Positions 1 through 14,800 of a stretch of 64,000 nucleotides of DNA are shown here, one piece after another; the first letter of the stretch is position 1, and each line of letters opens with the position of its first letter. Under the pieces are notes generated by a model. The model ran no database searches, was not told the origin of the DNA, and saw only the letters and a program-made list of their open reading frames with translations. The stretch is from Balanoglossus misakiensis (lineage: Eukaryota; Animalia; Hemichordata), in contig CM082588.2 in NCBI GenBank assembly GCA_040954595.2, positions 5,592,202 through 5,656,201 of the forward strand. The letters run 5' to 3'. Both the position numbers and the translations under genes were made by a program.

Positions 1-2130
1 GGGATCATAGTAGGTGCCTTTGTCCACAGCTAATCAACCACATTCAAAATGTCATCACTCTAACATTGAAAATCAATGAAAGACTCCCTTCATTCCTCAG
101 TCCACAGTGCTGGTACTAAGACATGCTACATGTAGATATCTCATGCTCCAGCTTTTTTATGGGTGTCTCGTAAATAGCCACTGAGATTGGGAAAGAATGT
201 TTCTCAAAAGTAACCGTGGTGACATCGCTGGCACAGAATTATGAGCTGACAGCCTTATCAGTGTAAATGTACCTGTTTTTCATCGTTTTTGTATGGAAAG
301 AAAATAAATGGACATCATGGTTTAAAGGCCAGCGTTTGAACATAATGATGGTAGCCAGATATTTTAGTATTTAAAATCTCACACTTCGTAAATTTTTCCA
401 TAGATAATGTTCAGTTTTCACAACAGTATAGTCTTATTCTGGGCGTCCCCTCAGTATATTATTATACTAGCATTATCACTCATTACTGTTTACAGAAATA
501 AAAAGACACAAGGGTTTGTCAACAATCTGTTTTATGTTTCTGTTTATCCAGGAGAAGTTGTACACTGTTGAGTTGTGCATTTTCTCCACAAAAAGCATGA
601 GAGTCTAAAATGAGACTTCATGACTGTGTCTCAAGGGCCTGCGTGCTCTGAATCATTGATCGAGCCGCCCTTGTCCAAGTACGTGAAGTAGATGGCATCT
701 TTAAGTTAGCTTTTGTAGTATTTTATTGATTATCAACAGTATCAGGGCACTTACTTCCTTTTACCCACTGGAGATAAATTGATTTTGTGGTGTGAAACCT
801 GTGGGCTGCAAGATGTATCGGATAACAGCTCAATCAATATGTAGACATAAGGTAAATGGTTTATTTGTCTTGGACATGAAACTGTGAAAAGCTGGGATAT
901 CACCCTATCAGCAATGCCATGATCTGTATAGTCATATGCAAATGTCCACCAGTCACAGGTTCATGAGTATTCATCAGAAAATGCCTGGTCATTCAGCTTT
1001 TGGCTACAAGGATATGGCATATTTCTTTAGATGTTACTTTTTTGAATAAAATTCAAACTATTATAACCTGACTGAACTCATAGCGATTTGTTTTAATGTG
1101 TCTGTGGGTGTTTTTATTTTAATGTCATTTCTTCAGAGTCTTTTTGCCCCTTCAAAGGTTGGCAATACAGAGTGACAAAATCCAGTCTTGCTCAATATAC
1201 AGACACCTGTCAATCTCAAATCGCCTCTGGAGGGGGACGTTTGATTCAAACGCCAAACGTCTCTTTGTGTCCCTCAAACGCCTTACGCAAGACCCACTCA
1301 AGATGGCTCCCAGCTCCTTATCATTCACAGCCTCAACAATATGTCAAATTCAAAACAAATACAAAACAATTCCCAACTATGCCAGACATTTTGGGCCAAC
1401 AACACCGTTTTGCCTCTAATCGCGTCTTTGGCAGTTAGACTTCTTTTGTTAATAAAGTGGGATAGGTGTGAGCTCCCCTGGCAATGCCCCAGTCCACAGT
1501 TCGCAACATTTCACCTTTTTATATCATGGTATTTTACTTGTAGCCTACATTCTCCAAATCTTTTCATCAATTTGTTTTGTAGAATGAACCAAACAAAGTG
1601 TAAATGTTCATCATGAAAACAGGATCAATGTACCTTACAGTCCACTTACATGTATTGAATAAAGTTAATTGAAGGCAAGGAACAAAAAATGTTAACTTTC
1701 TTGACTAATGTTGGCACTAGATTTTCACAAGTTCTGAGCCAATTATAAGTCTTGCAATTGGCAAGTTTGCCTTATAAGTGTTCAGAGAAATTAAAACAAT
1801 TAGAAAAACAAACATAGACACCAAATGCCAGAAAATATGTGCTGATCAATGTATGTACCATCACGGTTCCTGACACTTTTGTTTTGAAGAGAAATCGGTT
1901 CTGAAAGGAACTGTTTTCAGGGGAATACTTTTGGTTTCGACAAGGAGCAGGATTAACGGCGTTGAGTGAATAGAAGCAGTTGGGTCTATACACTGGAGAA
2001 TTTATCGCTAAAAAGTAAACAGGTTCATTCAAGGTTAAATGCATTACGCAATTTTACAACATCCAAGCTGTGCAGAAATAAGGGTGCTTCTCACTGTTTA
2101 TAAAGCCCAGTTACCCATCATATCACGTCT

Positions 2131-2441
2131 ATTCATTCATTCATTCATTCATTCATTCATTCATTCATTCATTCATTCATTCATCCATCCACTCACTCAC
2201 TCACTCACTCACTCACCTTCATTCATTCATTCATTCATTTAATATTCATTCATTCATTCATTTATTCACTCTCTCTCACTCACTTTCATTCATTCACTCA
2301 CTCACTCACTCACCTTCATTCATTCATTCATTCATTCATTCATTCATTCATTCATTTAATATTCATTCATTTATTCATTCTCTCTCACTCACTCACTTTC
2401 ATTCATTCATTCATTCATTCATTCATTCATTCATTCATTCA
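2131..2441. repeat. Compound tetranucleotide microsatellite (TTCA)n/(TCAC)n
   Basis: Directly visible attc/cact tandem repeats with a duplicated higher-order block; explains the FIHS/LTHS ORF at 2039-2242. Confidence 0.95.
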
Positions 2442-3615
2442 TATGTTTATTATTTATTTATAAACTGACATTTTCCAAACCATGGTATAAAAGAGTTAAA
2501 TAAATTTGAAATGCAGTAAGATTACTTTTAATGTGTTGCTTACCCATAGATTCTCTTGTTGTACATATATGCAACCAGGCAGTTAGCAAGTATTACCTAT
2601 AAATACATGGGGAAAATTCCCAAACAGGCCAAGTCCTGATTATCGTTACACTCTCACATTGCAGTAGGCTTAGAAATTGGCGTGGTCTTGCAAGAATGCC
2701 TCAAGGGCAGCACCATTCAAGTTATTAAGGGGAGGGGAGGGGTCAAAAGATAAGATTTGAAAAAAGCTTTCCACTCAAGAGGTATTGTTGCAATCTCCAT
2801 AGCCCCTAACCACTGATGTAAAAGTGGACATTTTTACAAAGCAGTGTGACAAAGAAAATTGACAAATGCATGTAAACTATTTATTCCCTCTCCGGGAAAG
2901 AAATTAATCTGCCTCTAAGTGACTCTTTTGCTAGATTGCATGGGGTTCAGCTGTTCCGGTGTGGAAGACAAAATATAAATTGTGGGAAAATCCAGATTGA
3001 GATTTGCAAGAATCTGGCGCTTGTCCAGAAATCATCGAACTCCCCATCCATTAGCACGATAACCATGTTTTCAAAAACGCATGGTATGTTCTGAGCATTT
3101 CTAATATTGGGTACGATTCGTGAAATGTGCCTTGTTGGTTGACTTGTTGATGCTTGAGCACATAACCTCTGACAAGAAAACTTTGTGTTTTAGGAGTGGA
3201 TTTACGTCAATGGCATATCCAGCTCATGAGTCACGCTGGATGATGTGATGGAGATCACATACATGGAGGATGAGAGTAAAATGTGTCTAAAAAAATATAT
3301 TGCGATTGTGTTTTCCACTTTATCAAAATATGGAGACAGTATTTTCTTGTGAATATTTTTGATAACATCCTAAATAAATGGCATACTGCATTTATTACAG
3401 CCTCAATGTAAAGATGCTTTAGGTGATTGGTTGATCAGATTTTTCCCATGAAAACATTCACTTTTAGCTTGCAATAAGTGCTTGTGTGTGAATATGGCGT
3501 TGTGCGTGTGTTGGTTGGCGCGCAAGGATCAAATTACCAGAAAAGTAGGTTGGGTGTGTGTTGACATTCGAGATTATCAATGATGTCAGCCAGGGATGAG
3601 TGTGCGGTAAATGAG

Positions 3616-3650
3616 GGGTCAAGAGGTCACGGGAGGGTCACACGGGGTCA
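3616..3650 (+). promoter_or_regulatory. Four direct RGGTCA nuclear-receptor half-sites (DR2-DR5-DR4)
   Basis: GGGTCA(3616)-ag-AGGTCA(3624)-cggga-GGGTCA(3635)-cacg-GGGTCA(3645). The motif is seen directly; function is not shown. Confidence 0.4.
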
Positions 3651-5800
3651 CAAAACCACCCCAAAATAAATACCAGGGGATAAATTCCTTTCAATATTTG
3701 TTTGTGTAATTGGTTGGAAAAGAACACAGCCGACTTATTTAAACTTGCCGTATCGTGTATCGGTTGAATAGCGAAGACATTGTAGTTTAATAGCGGGATT
3801 AAAACGTTGGTATTTGCTCTGCGGTTGAAAAGTGATTGCGATTTCTCTACTTTGCCACGCAGTGGTCGTTTTCAGAATTTATCGGGGTATGTGCGCAAAA
3901 TGTTTAATTACGATGCAGTGTTGCGTGATAAGAATTTAATTTGTTGGGCACGGACTGAATTTCTTGGTGTTTGTAAATAATGAAAATACCAATTTCATCG
4001 GCAAAATCTCTTCGGCACGTTTTTGCTCCAAGCTTTGCTCAAAATCTTGTGTTCTGGAGCAGTATACAGTGAACATGGCAACAAATGAAAAGTTTATGTT
4101 GGCCCATCTCCAGGCATCAACTTATATATCGGCACCATGTTGGCTGAGAGCTGCCGGGCACATTGAATACTGGTGTGGTGGTGGCCAGGGCTTGACAAAT
4201 CTGTCAGATCTCTGAAACGTTTTTTGTAACAATTCACTTGTATTAATTAAATTTGAGTTACTAGCTTCTGGGATGTTGTTTTTTCTGTTTGCTTATTCAA
4301 TTATGATCCCCAAGAGAAGTGTAGGATATGGTTCTGAGAAATGGTGAATATGGTTCTTTGATGTACGTGGCCCATATGAGATACCATTTCACTATATTGC
4401 CCGTGAGATATGTAATTCTCTGAGATTTGACTGTGGTTGTTTACCACTGAGACCTGCCCGGTAATATTGAACATATACACTCCCTATACAAACAGTTCTC
4501 TTTTCCACAATGACTTGTGTGGCATGGCTGGGGGTTGACCTGGAATGACCCCTCAAGCATGGTTACAGCACTCAGGGGATCTCTGCAAGATGTGTTGACT
4601 TGTTTTTTCTTCAGACCAGATCTTTGGGTCTTGCAAATTGTTATTCTAGAAATCATTGCCATGGGAATAAAGCTTTTTCATTTCAGAGGTAGATTGGAAA
4701 TGAATAATGATGAATTTCATCCAGTGTTTGGAATGACACAATTAATACAGGCTATGGTAACTTCGCTAGATCAGTGATGGATAGCCATATAATGATATAT
4801 ATAGTCAGGGATTCCTTCTTTTCTAAATTAATTGGCTCTAACTGTTGACAGAACTGAGGTTGAACAAAGATGGAATAATTTTGGATCCAGTAATTATGGG
4901 GAAGTGATACTAATAATGTACTAAAAATATCCTGACTCACATACTTCTTATTTATAACTACGGTCTTAAGTGTGAGACACCAGGCATCTGAAAATGTACA
5001 CTGGGCACAGATGGTATATGTGTCTCCCAATAACCCATGATTCACCTTACAGCTACCTATGAACTGATTCATCAAACTAAATTATTGACAAACGTCCAGA
5101 TTTCCCAAGTGGACAGCCACCGGATGCATCTCGAATTGTAAACTGAGTAAATCAATGTTTATAGGCCGAAAGAGCTGTTTACAAAGTATTGACTTAAATT
5201 ACCAACTTTTTGTCTTCAGTGAAATCTGGTGTGGCTCAACTTTTAAACCAAACCAAACTAAAACACTTAAAGTCGACAAGCTAAGTCAAAAACAAACAAA
5301 ACAAATCTCATGGAAATTTTCATACAGACAAACCGACGCCTGTAGTCTAAAACACCATCTGTTGTTTTTCTGCATTTGCACTAAAATCGGGTCACTGCTT
5401 TTTTTTTGAGATCTTGCAAATAAACTTAAGGAATCGTGGATTACACACATTCCTGCAGAACTTAGTCTAGCTGTCAGTTGCACTGGTGATTTCCAACTCT
5501 GGGAACCAAAAAAATTAATAAGACTATAAGTTCTAGTTATATATATGTTTTTACGATTGTGTGGTTGTGACGCCTTATAACCCATGCTGTTTAATCATTT
5601 CTGAGCAACATGTATACATTGCTCAGCAAATGTCGACCCTTCCCCAAACCATAAAATGTGAAAATGTGTAAATCTGAGGGATTACTGAGTGAAATTATCC
5701 GGCCAATAAATGTCATTAGGACTTAGTACAAAAATACAACAGTCGAGCAATGTCAGTTTCCTATTGAACCATTACAATTTGTTTTCTGTTTTTTTGGCAG

Positions 5801-8800
5801 GGATGCTTTTTCAGATGCTACAGACCAAAATTGTATTAGCTTGCGACGGCGAGCTCCTGTCTTTGAAATGTCCTCAGGAAACTGCAATAACTGTGCAGAT
5901 GGCGCAGTACGGCCGTTTTAAATCGCACAGCATTGAAATGTGTCCGGTGAAATGGAGTACGTCCAAATCGCTGTACGACGACTGGGACAGCTGCTTGGCT
6001 TCGGATACGTATAAGGTAGGTTTGTTGCCATAGCGACATCAGTATCCTAGCATCCCAGAAAGCTTCAGTGACACCCAGCAATCAAACCACAGCAAGGAGT
6101 TAAAATTATCAAATAAATAAATTTTACTTGTAGAAGGTACAACTTCATATTTATGGCCAGTGTTGTCTCTTAAACTACTGAATATATATTAACCTATGCC
6201 AACTTTTGCTTATTGAATTACTATTTTACCAGCGACCGACCAACCAACAACTGACAATAACCAGCTGAGTTTGCATAATTGGCTAATACCCAGCTAAACT
6301 AGCAACCTAACAAAAGACTCACTGGCCTGAGATGAATGAAACGTTATCCTTGCAGATGAGTGATGGCCTGTCTGTGACACGTGATGTGAACACGTGCAAC
6401 CGCAAAATCGGAGAACTAAAAAAAACGGCTAAACCAAAATGATCACATCCTAGACACCGGATTAAGTTGCAGATAATAGGCCAGGCTTTGAATTATGGCG
6501 GTAGATTCGCGCTGAATAGCTCGGTCGAGATCCCTCTCTTCAGTGTCACATCTGATAGTAAATAACACGGAATATGACGGAGATTTTCTCTGTTTTTTCA
6601 GGTGGTGATGGACCGATGCCAGGACAAGAAGCGTTGCAAAATACTGGTCAATAATAATTTATTCGGACCCGACCCCTGTCCACTCAGTCGAAAATATTTA
6701 GAAGTTACTTATAAATGTAGACCAAGTAAGTACTGACCTAAGCTGTGTAAGGGGTGGTCTCCAAATTTCCGTTGTGTTAATAAAGTTAAATATTCAAATA
6801 GCAGCATGGTGCATTCTGGCTCAGAACTTATGAAATGTTGCACCAAAGTTGTGCAATGTAATCAAACTACAGCAGCTATGACCCCTTTCTTTTCTTATGA
6901 GGAAAACTGTGTTTCTCATGTTCATGTTTAAGTCATCCATAACCCCCTAACATCCACTGTATAGAGTGAGGCGCCTTTCAAAACAAGTCAACTGTGTCCG
7001 AGGGTGTATTTTGCTAAAACGGGCGATTACCGCTACATTGACAATGACTGTGCCGGGTGGGTGTGTCCAGATTGCTTTCAAAATCATTCACGTTGCCATG
7101 TTACAATCGTGCGATCATCGGCATCCACCAAAATAAGTGAAATTTCACCTCTGCGTGCCTTCAACATTTTTGCCATATTTGAAAATCTATACAGACACTA
7201 CAATGCCACACCAGATTCCTGCAAGACTTAAACCTTTCACCCCCAGTTCCATCCTCAGAGGTCCAACCTTTCCATAGAAAACAATGGGTTTGGACTGAAC
7301 CATGGTGATGAAAGGGTTAAGGTCACTAAAAAGTTGAGAAACTGAAAGTATTAAACTATTTTACCTTCAATGTTATTGTGATTTTATATTCTTCCCCCTA
7401 AAATAAATTTTATAAAAGATATTAAATTTATACTTTAAATCAATCAATTTAATTAAATCTTTAATCAGATTGACTTTAAATATAAGTGTAGGGCATTTTT
7501 CAGTAAGTCACTAGTTCTTTGAGATGCCCCTTAATGAACATCCACATACATTTATAGATTCTTATCACTTTGACCTCTGTTAGAAGTCAAACATATATAT
7601 GAGAGGAGATCACTGGTTGTTAGGTTGAGGTGACCTGACCTGACCTGCCCCGGACTCAACATCCCACTTGTCAAGCTATTAATATTAACTCTACTTTATT
7701 TGTCTTGTCATTGCTTGGGGAAATACTTGAAGGTTTAAAGGCAGCTTGACCTGAAGTGGCGATCGACTGTGTAGTGTGTGCGTGCATTCATCATTGCTGG
7801 GCTGAAGTTTCAGCAAAGGTTGTCCCGCACAGCAGTTTTGGCCTTTTGATCTTTTTTAGAGAAATAATATTACTACAGATAACATAAACAGGTTAATGGT
7901 CTGTCCAATGTACATGGCGATAAAAACTGGCACAGAGAAATCACATCTCAGAAGTTTTGAGATAATTCGGAGCATATAATGATCCACCGCTAGTTACAGC
8001 TATTGTCCCTTTAATAAACACTAGGCTGTTAAAATTTAGGATGATGTAGTACATGTACCATAGCTGGGTCAAGGTCATGACCCTCCACACCTGTCCTTGA
8101 TAATGAGAATTGATCATATGTCACAATAATCTGATAACAAATTCAATATCTGGCCAACTACACTAATAGATAATGATCTTATCAGTAATTTAATTTACAG
8201 TGGCCAGGAGTTTGGTGGCATGTTTAGAAAACAGCTTTGGCAATATTTGGTTTTAATTCCAGTATACACAATGACAGGTGTTTAAATCAGGTTAAAAAAT
8301 TGCAAATTTGACCAATAATTCAGTCCTATTCTGTAGTCAAATGAAACTGGATTTAAAGAATATGGCATAGTTTTCCATCTGAACTTTAGAATTTTCTGGT
8401 GAAATATTAATCCTTTTCTATTCCTGTTATTCTCAGATGAGTTTCGCAGCATCGTTGCCTGCGATAACACAGAATTGCGACTGGAATGTGCGTCGTCGAA
8501 AGTTATAACGATTTACTCTGCAATGTACGGAAGATCGCAGTACGGAAACGCCAAATGCCCCTCCAGGGTAGCTGTCACGGAAGGTGAGGAGGTTGTTAAG
8601 GGGCGCAGAAATGGAATTCAGTAGCCATGGCAACTCAGTTATAGTTCGCCACTCAGTGTAGCCTGTGAAATTCGTATTTGAAAATTGTGGGTTTGGTCAA
8701 ACCTTTTCTGTGAAATTTTTCACCATTGAAAAGAATGATTGAAATTGGCTTTTTCACTTAAAAGACACCCCAGACAGTTTTAACCATTTCAGTTTGTAAT

Positions 8801-11800
8801 AAGCGTATTGCTTTCATTGTTTGACCAAACTAACTGGAAATGGAAGCAAATCTTTTTTGGTCATTCTGCATTAGTAGTTAATTTCCGTGCAGAAATTGAC
8901 CAAAATGTGAAAGTGAGAGAGAAACCAGAAGCTATCAGATGGCAGACCTTGTAAAGACATATGACATAAACGAACAAAATACGTGACATGACAGAAATCC
9001 AACCAATCGACACTAACAAGGACAACATGGTTATTACATCTTCCCATTCCGGCGATGGGCAGCACTTTGCAATCGTCCAAGCCAATCAGTTTCGAATCAG
9101 TGCTCTTGAAAAAAAATACTCAAATCGCCAATTAATGAGGTAATTTCAGCCACTGCAGCTGTCTGAGTAGAAACAGAAGCAGCCGGCAGAAACCGTTGGG
9201 CATCGTCATCACCACAATTCCCTGTTGAATTGTCTTTCTATTTTTTTCCGGGACAGACTGTCTGAGCACGGTAGCGCTGGACATTCTCATGGTCCACTGC
9301 CACGGAAAGAGGACCTGTAATGTACCGGCCACCACGACTAACTTCGGGGATCCGTGCCAGCCCAACGTGCAGAAGTACCTAGATGTGGTGTACACGTGTG
9401 GTAAGTTACAAGTGGACTTCATCAACTTGTAGTGATTTTGAAACTTAGAGTACCTGTAATTTTTTGTAAGATACTACATAAACTATTTTCAAGATACTGT
9501 ACTACCTGATACTTTTACCCTTTGGCAATGACTTTGTGACATATCCCATTGTTTTCAACAGTGCAGTTGGACCTTTGTACACAGAAATAGGGGTGGGTGG
9601 GTTCATGGAGAGTCAATGTTTTTTAGCTGTGTTGACAATAAAATACAAACTTCTGATTTTTCCTCAAGCCATGTTACTCAACCTCCAGATGTTGGGGAGT
9701 AAGTTTATGTAGTTGGAAATTGTGCCCTCTGGCCAAAAACAAAGACTTTCGGGTCAATGACTCTTTTGGTGTTGAAAGTTTTATCTCACTGATTATCTGC
9801 TTGAAGAAAAAAAATGAATTTTTTTCCCCATACTTGTGTGTACATGTTCCCTGTGGTGTTGCATTTTCATTTGATGGAAATTTTTAGGATTTTACTTTAA
9901 AAAGTAGCTTCTCCAAATTGAATGGTTTTAGCAAGGGTCATGTTTTGGTCCCTAATCCAACCATGCAAATTGAAAGCATGTCCCTGTTCAAACTCGTAGG
10001 TCAGCTGGTGTCGACTTTTGCTGCAAAAAACACTCAGGGTTGTGACCTGCAAAATTTCAAAGTGGTTCACCATATTGGAAAAATTCCTCTGTCTATAGTC
10101 ATAGCAGATCATATTTTTCATCTAACCTCAGGGGATATCTTATACCGGTAATATTGGCAGGAAATTTTGCAGTTTTTTTCTGGACAAATTTTGAGCAAAT
10201 TTTGCAGTTATCAAAGTGTGACTGACTGGCCATCAGTCAGAGTTTATTGACTACTGGCCTTGGGGGGCTAATTCCATCGACATTAAAACAACAATTTGCA
10301 CACTGAAATTTTTGTTACCTGGCCAGAGGGCAAAGTGGTGGACATACAGACCACCATTGTTCTCCGAAACCACACTTGTGCCTCTCTCGTATATATCTAC
10401 CCTGTTCTTGACCACCCGGGTCGTCGCAATCGCTTGTTTCAAACAAGCCGCTCATACCTGAATATCGGCGTTTGATTGCCGAAAAACGGTCTTAATCACC
10501 TGCGTAAGGGGCTTAGTGAGTTTACCTGTCTGTTCCTATGAATAGCATTACCCTGGCCGACCATATTGACTCTTTTACTTTGCCTTGATGGGGAATATTT
10601 TCAGTCAATATATGACTTTTTCATGCGCACATGTGCAATAAAGGCCGGAGTTTGAACAAACCGGCGGTCTTTCAGTCACCAAAGTGGTTTGTTTTCGCAG
10701 AGGATACGCATGGGTGACGCTACAAAGGGTCCATGGCTTTTGTTGAAAAACAGACTAAGAAAATTGAGATCACGCTTGAGTATATCCTAATCCTTGCCTC
10801 TGTTTTCTTTTTCGTCAAAAATTCTTTTCATCTTCGACAAAAACCCATCAACCGTTTGTTTTTTGTCCATTATTTTCTCACAACCTTAGAGTCAATATTT
10901 TGTGCGAACGACAATTTCTGACAGTTCTGGTGAAAATGACTCGTACAATCTGCAAAAATGCCAGAAATGTTTTGTGTTTTGGAGAAAAAAAAATGACTTT
11001 TGAGGATTTAAGTGAGGGTTTGTTATTGAATAGAACACTGACCCATACCGAACTGTGGTTCTGGTCGCTTGTGAACATTCAAAACTAAAAAACAAGCCGA
11101 CCACTTCACCCACTTAAAATGACTGTAATATTTCCTGTTAACAGCATCCTGTCAAATTTAACATGTTCGAAAGACCGCAGCGTGAATTTTAGCACATGTG
11201 GTCCACCTCAAAGAAATCTCATTTTTCAACGTCAATTTTGCCATCTTTGTGGGGAAAGTTCTGTTTACTTTCCCGCACTTGAGATGTTTGGGTTCTGCAG
11301 TTTCACCTTTATTTATTCACGGTGGTAGCATTTTCAAGTGGTGTTGTTTCCCTTCTTTGGACGTTGATGTTTTCCTGTCGGTTTCTGTTTTTCTGCATTG
11401 GTTGAACTCCAAGCGATTTCCGTCCCAGGATCGTGAAGTCACCAATTGTGATTGCCTTTTGTTTTGGTCTCAACTCACCATAATCTCAATAAAGCCTAAT
11501 GTGATTGGTTGAAAGTCACACAATCACAGAGTTTTCTGTATTCCTACCAATGATATTCCTTTTGACAACTGCAAGTGTCATACTCTGATATTCGTATTTT
11601 TTAATACGAAATCAAGTTCTAGACTTTGCTTTCTTCTCTGGTTGTTACATATTAATGAGTTTTAAGTGTAAAAGCACAACTTCTGTGGAATTTTTCTTGG
11701 GTATTCAAAATCTACAGTATGAAGATTTAGAGTAGGGCTATTAGAAATCAAGAAAAAAATCTTCATAATGTTTAATATATAATAGAACTGCACAAATAAG

Positions 11801-14800
11801 TTTTCACTCAAAAGATATCCCCATAATGTCAAAGAACTGTGCCATTGTGCGCTTAAGATTGACTCCTGTACAGGTGATGTGTTTGAAAGGGGAAACAGGG
11901 TAATTATGGTCATACAGGAAGCTTTTGGCTTCACCTAACAGAGACAAAAAAATACCTTCTAGCACGGTAATATCCTGTGTCACCTGAAACCATTTAAAAA
12001 TCTTCAGAAGATTGAAACAAAAATAGCTTAAAAAGTAAAGTCCAGATACTTGCCCTCAAGTGCTTTAAAAACCACAAAAGGGGGCAATTTAACCATTGTT
12101 TTCATTGGCAGTGGGGATTTAAGTGATCCTGTGTAGGCCTGTGTTATTCCAGGTGTTCTGTGGACGTCAATCACATGTATTGATGGAGTGAAGTTTAAGA
12201 ACATCACGGTGTTATTTGGCAACAGGGCTGTTCATTGACGCAAAGCTCGGAGGATTTTTTGTAAACATTAGCGGAGTTTCAAGTGACATGTCCTTTCAGG
12301 GTATCGTAGTGTCAATGTAAAAAAAGGCGAACGACATGACGTGGTTTCATTGTGGTGTTACTTGAATTCTCTTGACCTGCTATGTTTCAGTGCCTGTGTT
12401 GTGTATCAAAGATCAAAATGCTTGAAAGTACTGTACTGCGAATTCTGTTGTTTTGGTGGTAGCATCTGCAGTCAAACATGGGGGACTCTTATATGCTCAA
12501 AGTCAAAGAAAATTATAGTTGGTTTCCCTTTTCAGAACTACATGTAAAACAATCTGATTGAAATCAACTCCATCAAGGTCTTTGTTAATGATGGTATTGT
12601 GTTAAAGATGAAGCCTGTCTCTATACAGCTGATTTTAATCAAACTTCATGTAACATTGGACTTTTGGGGATTTCATGGTCAGGATATAGGCCTCCAGTTA
12701 GTTCAGTCCACCCTTGGAAAACAGTTGGGGATGAAACCACCACATGTAGACAGCAGGTATAACACAGCAGAATTACAAGGATCTGTACTGGCATCTTTAG
12801 TGATATTTACCCAGAATGCCATGTGATGGTAGCTGACAACACTGGTCACATTGCAAGCGTGATTGGTTGAATTTGTTCACTGTTTTCGATCCCAACCCTG
12901 TCTTGTATTATCACCACATGGAGCAGCAGTCGAGGTCAATGCCCTCAGGCATTTCTGGATAATTTATGACTGTAGGCTGATGGTGAAAGCCAAAATTAAT
13001 GGACATAGCTCAGGTTTGTTGCTTTTAGTTTTTGATATCTTAAGCCCTGCGTCAACATGAACTTTAATTGCCAGGGTGGAGTTTTTTCGGTTATTGTTGT
13101 TTTGTTAGGAAAATTGAGGATATGTGGTGTGTGAATAGCAATTTCTCAAACAATTACTAAAAGTAAATTGGCGTGGGAACCTGAAACAGGAGAATTAATG
13201 GACGGAAAATATTTCCTTTGGATTTTGTAAACAGAAATTTCCTTTTGGGTTTTGAATACATAGAGTAATTGCTTGTCTACAAACAATGTGTGCAAATTTG
13301 GAACAAAATAGCGGTGTAGTTGTGAACAGTGAAACTGTGAAATAAACGGGCTAAGTTGACATGTTCGATACTGCCTATTTTAACATGCGCGAGTGAGTTG
13401 AACAAGGAAGTACTGCAGCTTGTGTTCAGAACAAAAATACTGAAAAAATTCCACAAAGTTACAGATGATGGAATGTTAAAACGGTATTTAGAGTTTGGCC
13501 AGAAAGCAGCGAGTCCTCAACTTCAGTTAATGCACACAACAGCGAGGCATTACTAAAAGTATTTGTGTAACAAACCCTCACAGCTGATCTGACCGTAAAA
13601 GTTGAACTGTACATTTACAGAAAAGAGTTTTCAAGACGGCGAAAAGAATCTCTCAGATTCCGGCTTGGGATATCAGTGGCCTGGAAATACGGATAATGCA
13701 CCGGCTCTGCCATTCCTTTCATATTTGTCATGGGTTTTCGCCGGGCGGGAAAGGAAAAATGCCAGTGTACATACAGGTCGAGTTTCAGTGCCAAGCCCTT
13801 GAGTAGAAAAGGTGATTTGGTCAACAATGACATCTGAAATTCTACTCTACGAATCAGCGTTAATGCAAAAAAAAACCAGAGCTTGACAAGAAGGAAAGTT
13901 CTTTAGGGAAGTACCATTTGATTTCTGGGGGGTGGAGGATTTTTGTTGGTGGGGGGGGGGATCGTTGGCAGCAAATCATGTCACTAGGTCATCTGTTCTC
14001 CGTCACAAATGCTGTAAAACTCTCATAAAATGTCTAAGACCTTTTCTTCCGACGCTACCAACCAACTCACAAAAACTGAAACCCGTGAAACGATAAACTC
14101 TGGTGACCATTTCATTGCAAACCTCAAATATATTGCACAAATATTTCCTCATGAAATGGAGGTTTTACATTACTTTTCACACTCTTTCTTCTTAGTTATT
14201 CATAAAAAACTCTTGGGAATTTCAGTATCGACTGTATCTTGAATACATTGTACATACAAACGTCAACGGAAATCACCAAAACTATTGGAAGCCTGTCACA
14301 TAAAGCAGTGTATAACTGATTTTATTGCCCTCACAAAACGTGCTGTCTAGTCATCTAAAATTTTTATTGCGGTCGTAACTGTCTATAGTCTGTCTGTAGG
14401 GTTACCTAACCTTTACAAAAAAGTGCTAACACTTTACAACAGTTCTTTGTATCTGTTTTCTTTCCTCTTCAAATCATACTGACAGTCTTGTGACATGGCT
14501 TTAGCTCATGTTTCACTAAAAGACATCTTTCTGTACCAGCTTATTTTGCTTTCTATTTTTTCAAGATTTTTGATACCGGTAATATATATTTTTTTAATTT
14601 GACTTTAATGTAATTTTATTAGGGTTGTATAGAGAGCGAAGAAAATGTTAAGTTTCCAATGTCAAAATTATAATCAAGGTTTAAAATAAAAATTCATTTC
14701 ATGAATGGTAATTAAACTTGTTAAAAACGAAGAAAATGTTGTTGTTTTTGAAATCTGTAGACTTGTTTTGGTCGAGTTATCTCAAATTTCTTGATCATTA

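Noticed and set aside
552-1616. Exon-like segment 552-678 and overlapping ORFs at 1144-1616 as the missing EVA1 5' exon
   Set aside because: 552-678 has stops in all three frames; the ORFs show no recognisable homology or phase-compatible signal-peptide exon.
7317-8014. TTAAGG...CCTTAA and TTAAAGG...CCTTTAA segments resembling Kolobok-type non-autonomous elements
   Set aside because: Terminal similarity beyond 6-7 bp is too weak to call without a repeat library.
10219-12064. Likely repeat-derived intronic DNA; 11801-11820 matches the reverse complement of 56268-56288
   Set aside because: Only a ~20-bp match, with no definable boundaries, TSD or coding remnant.
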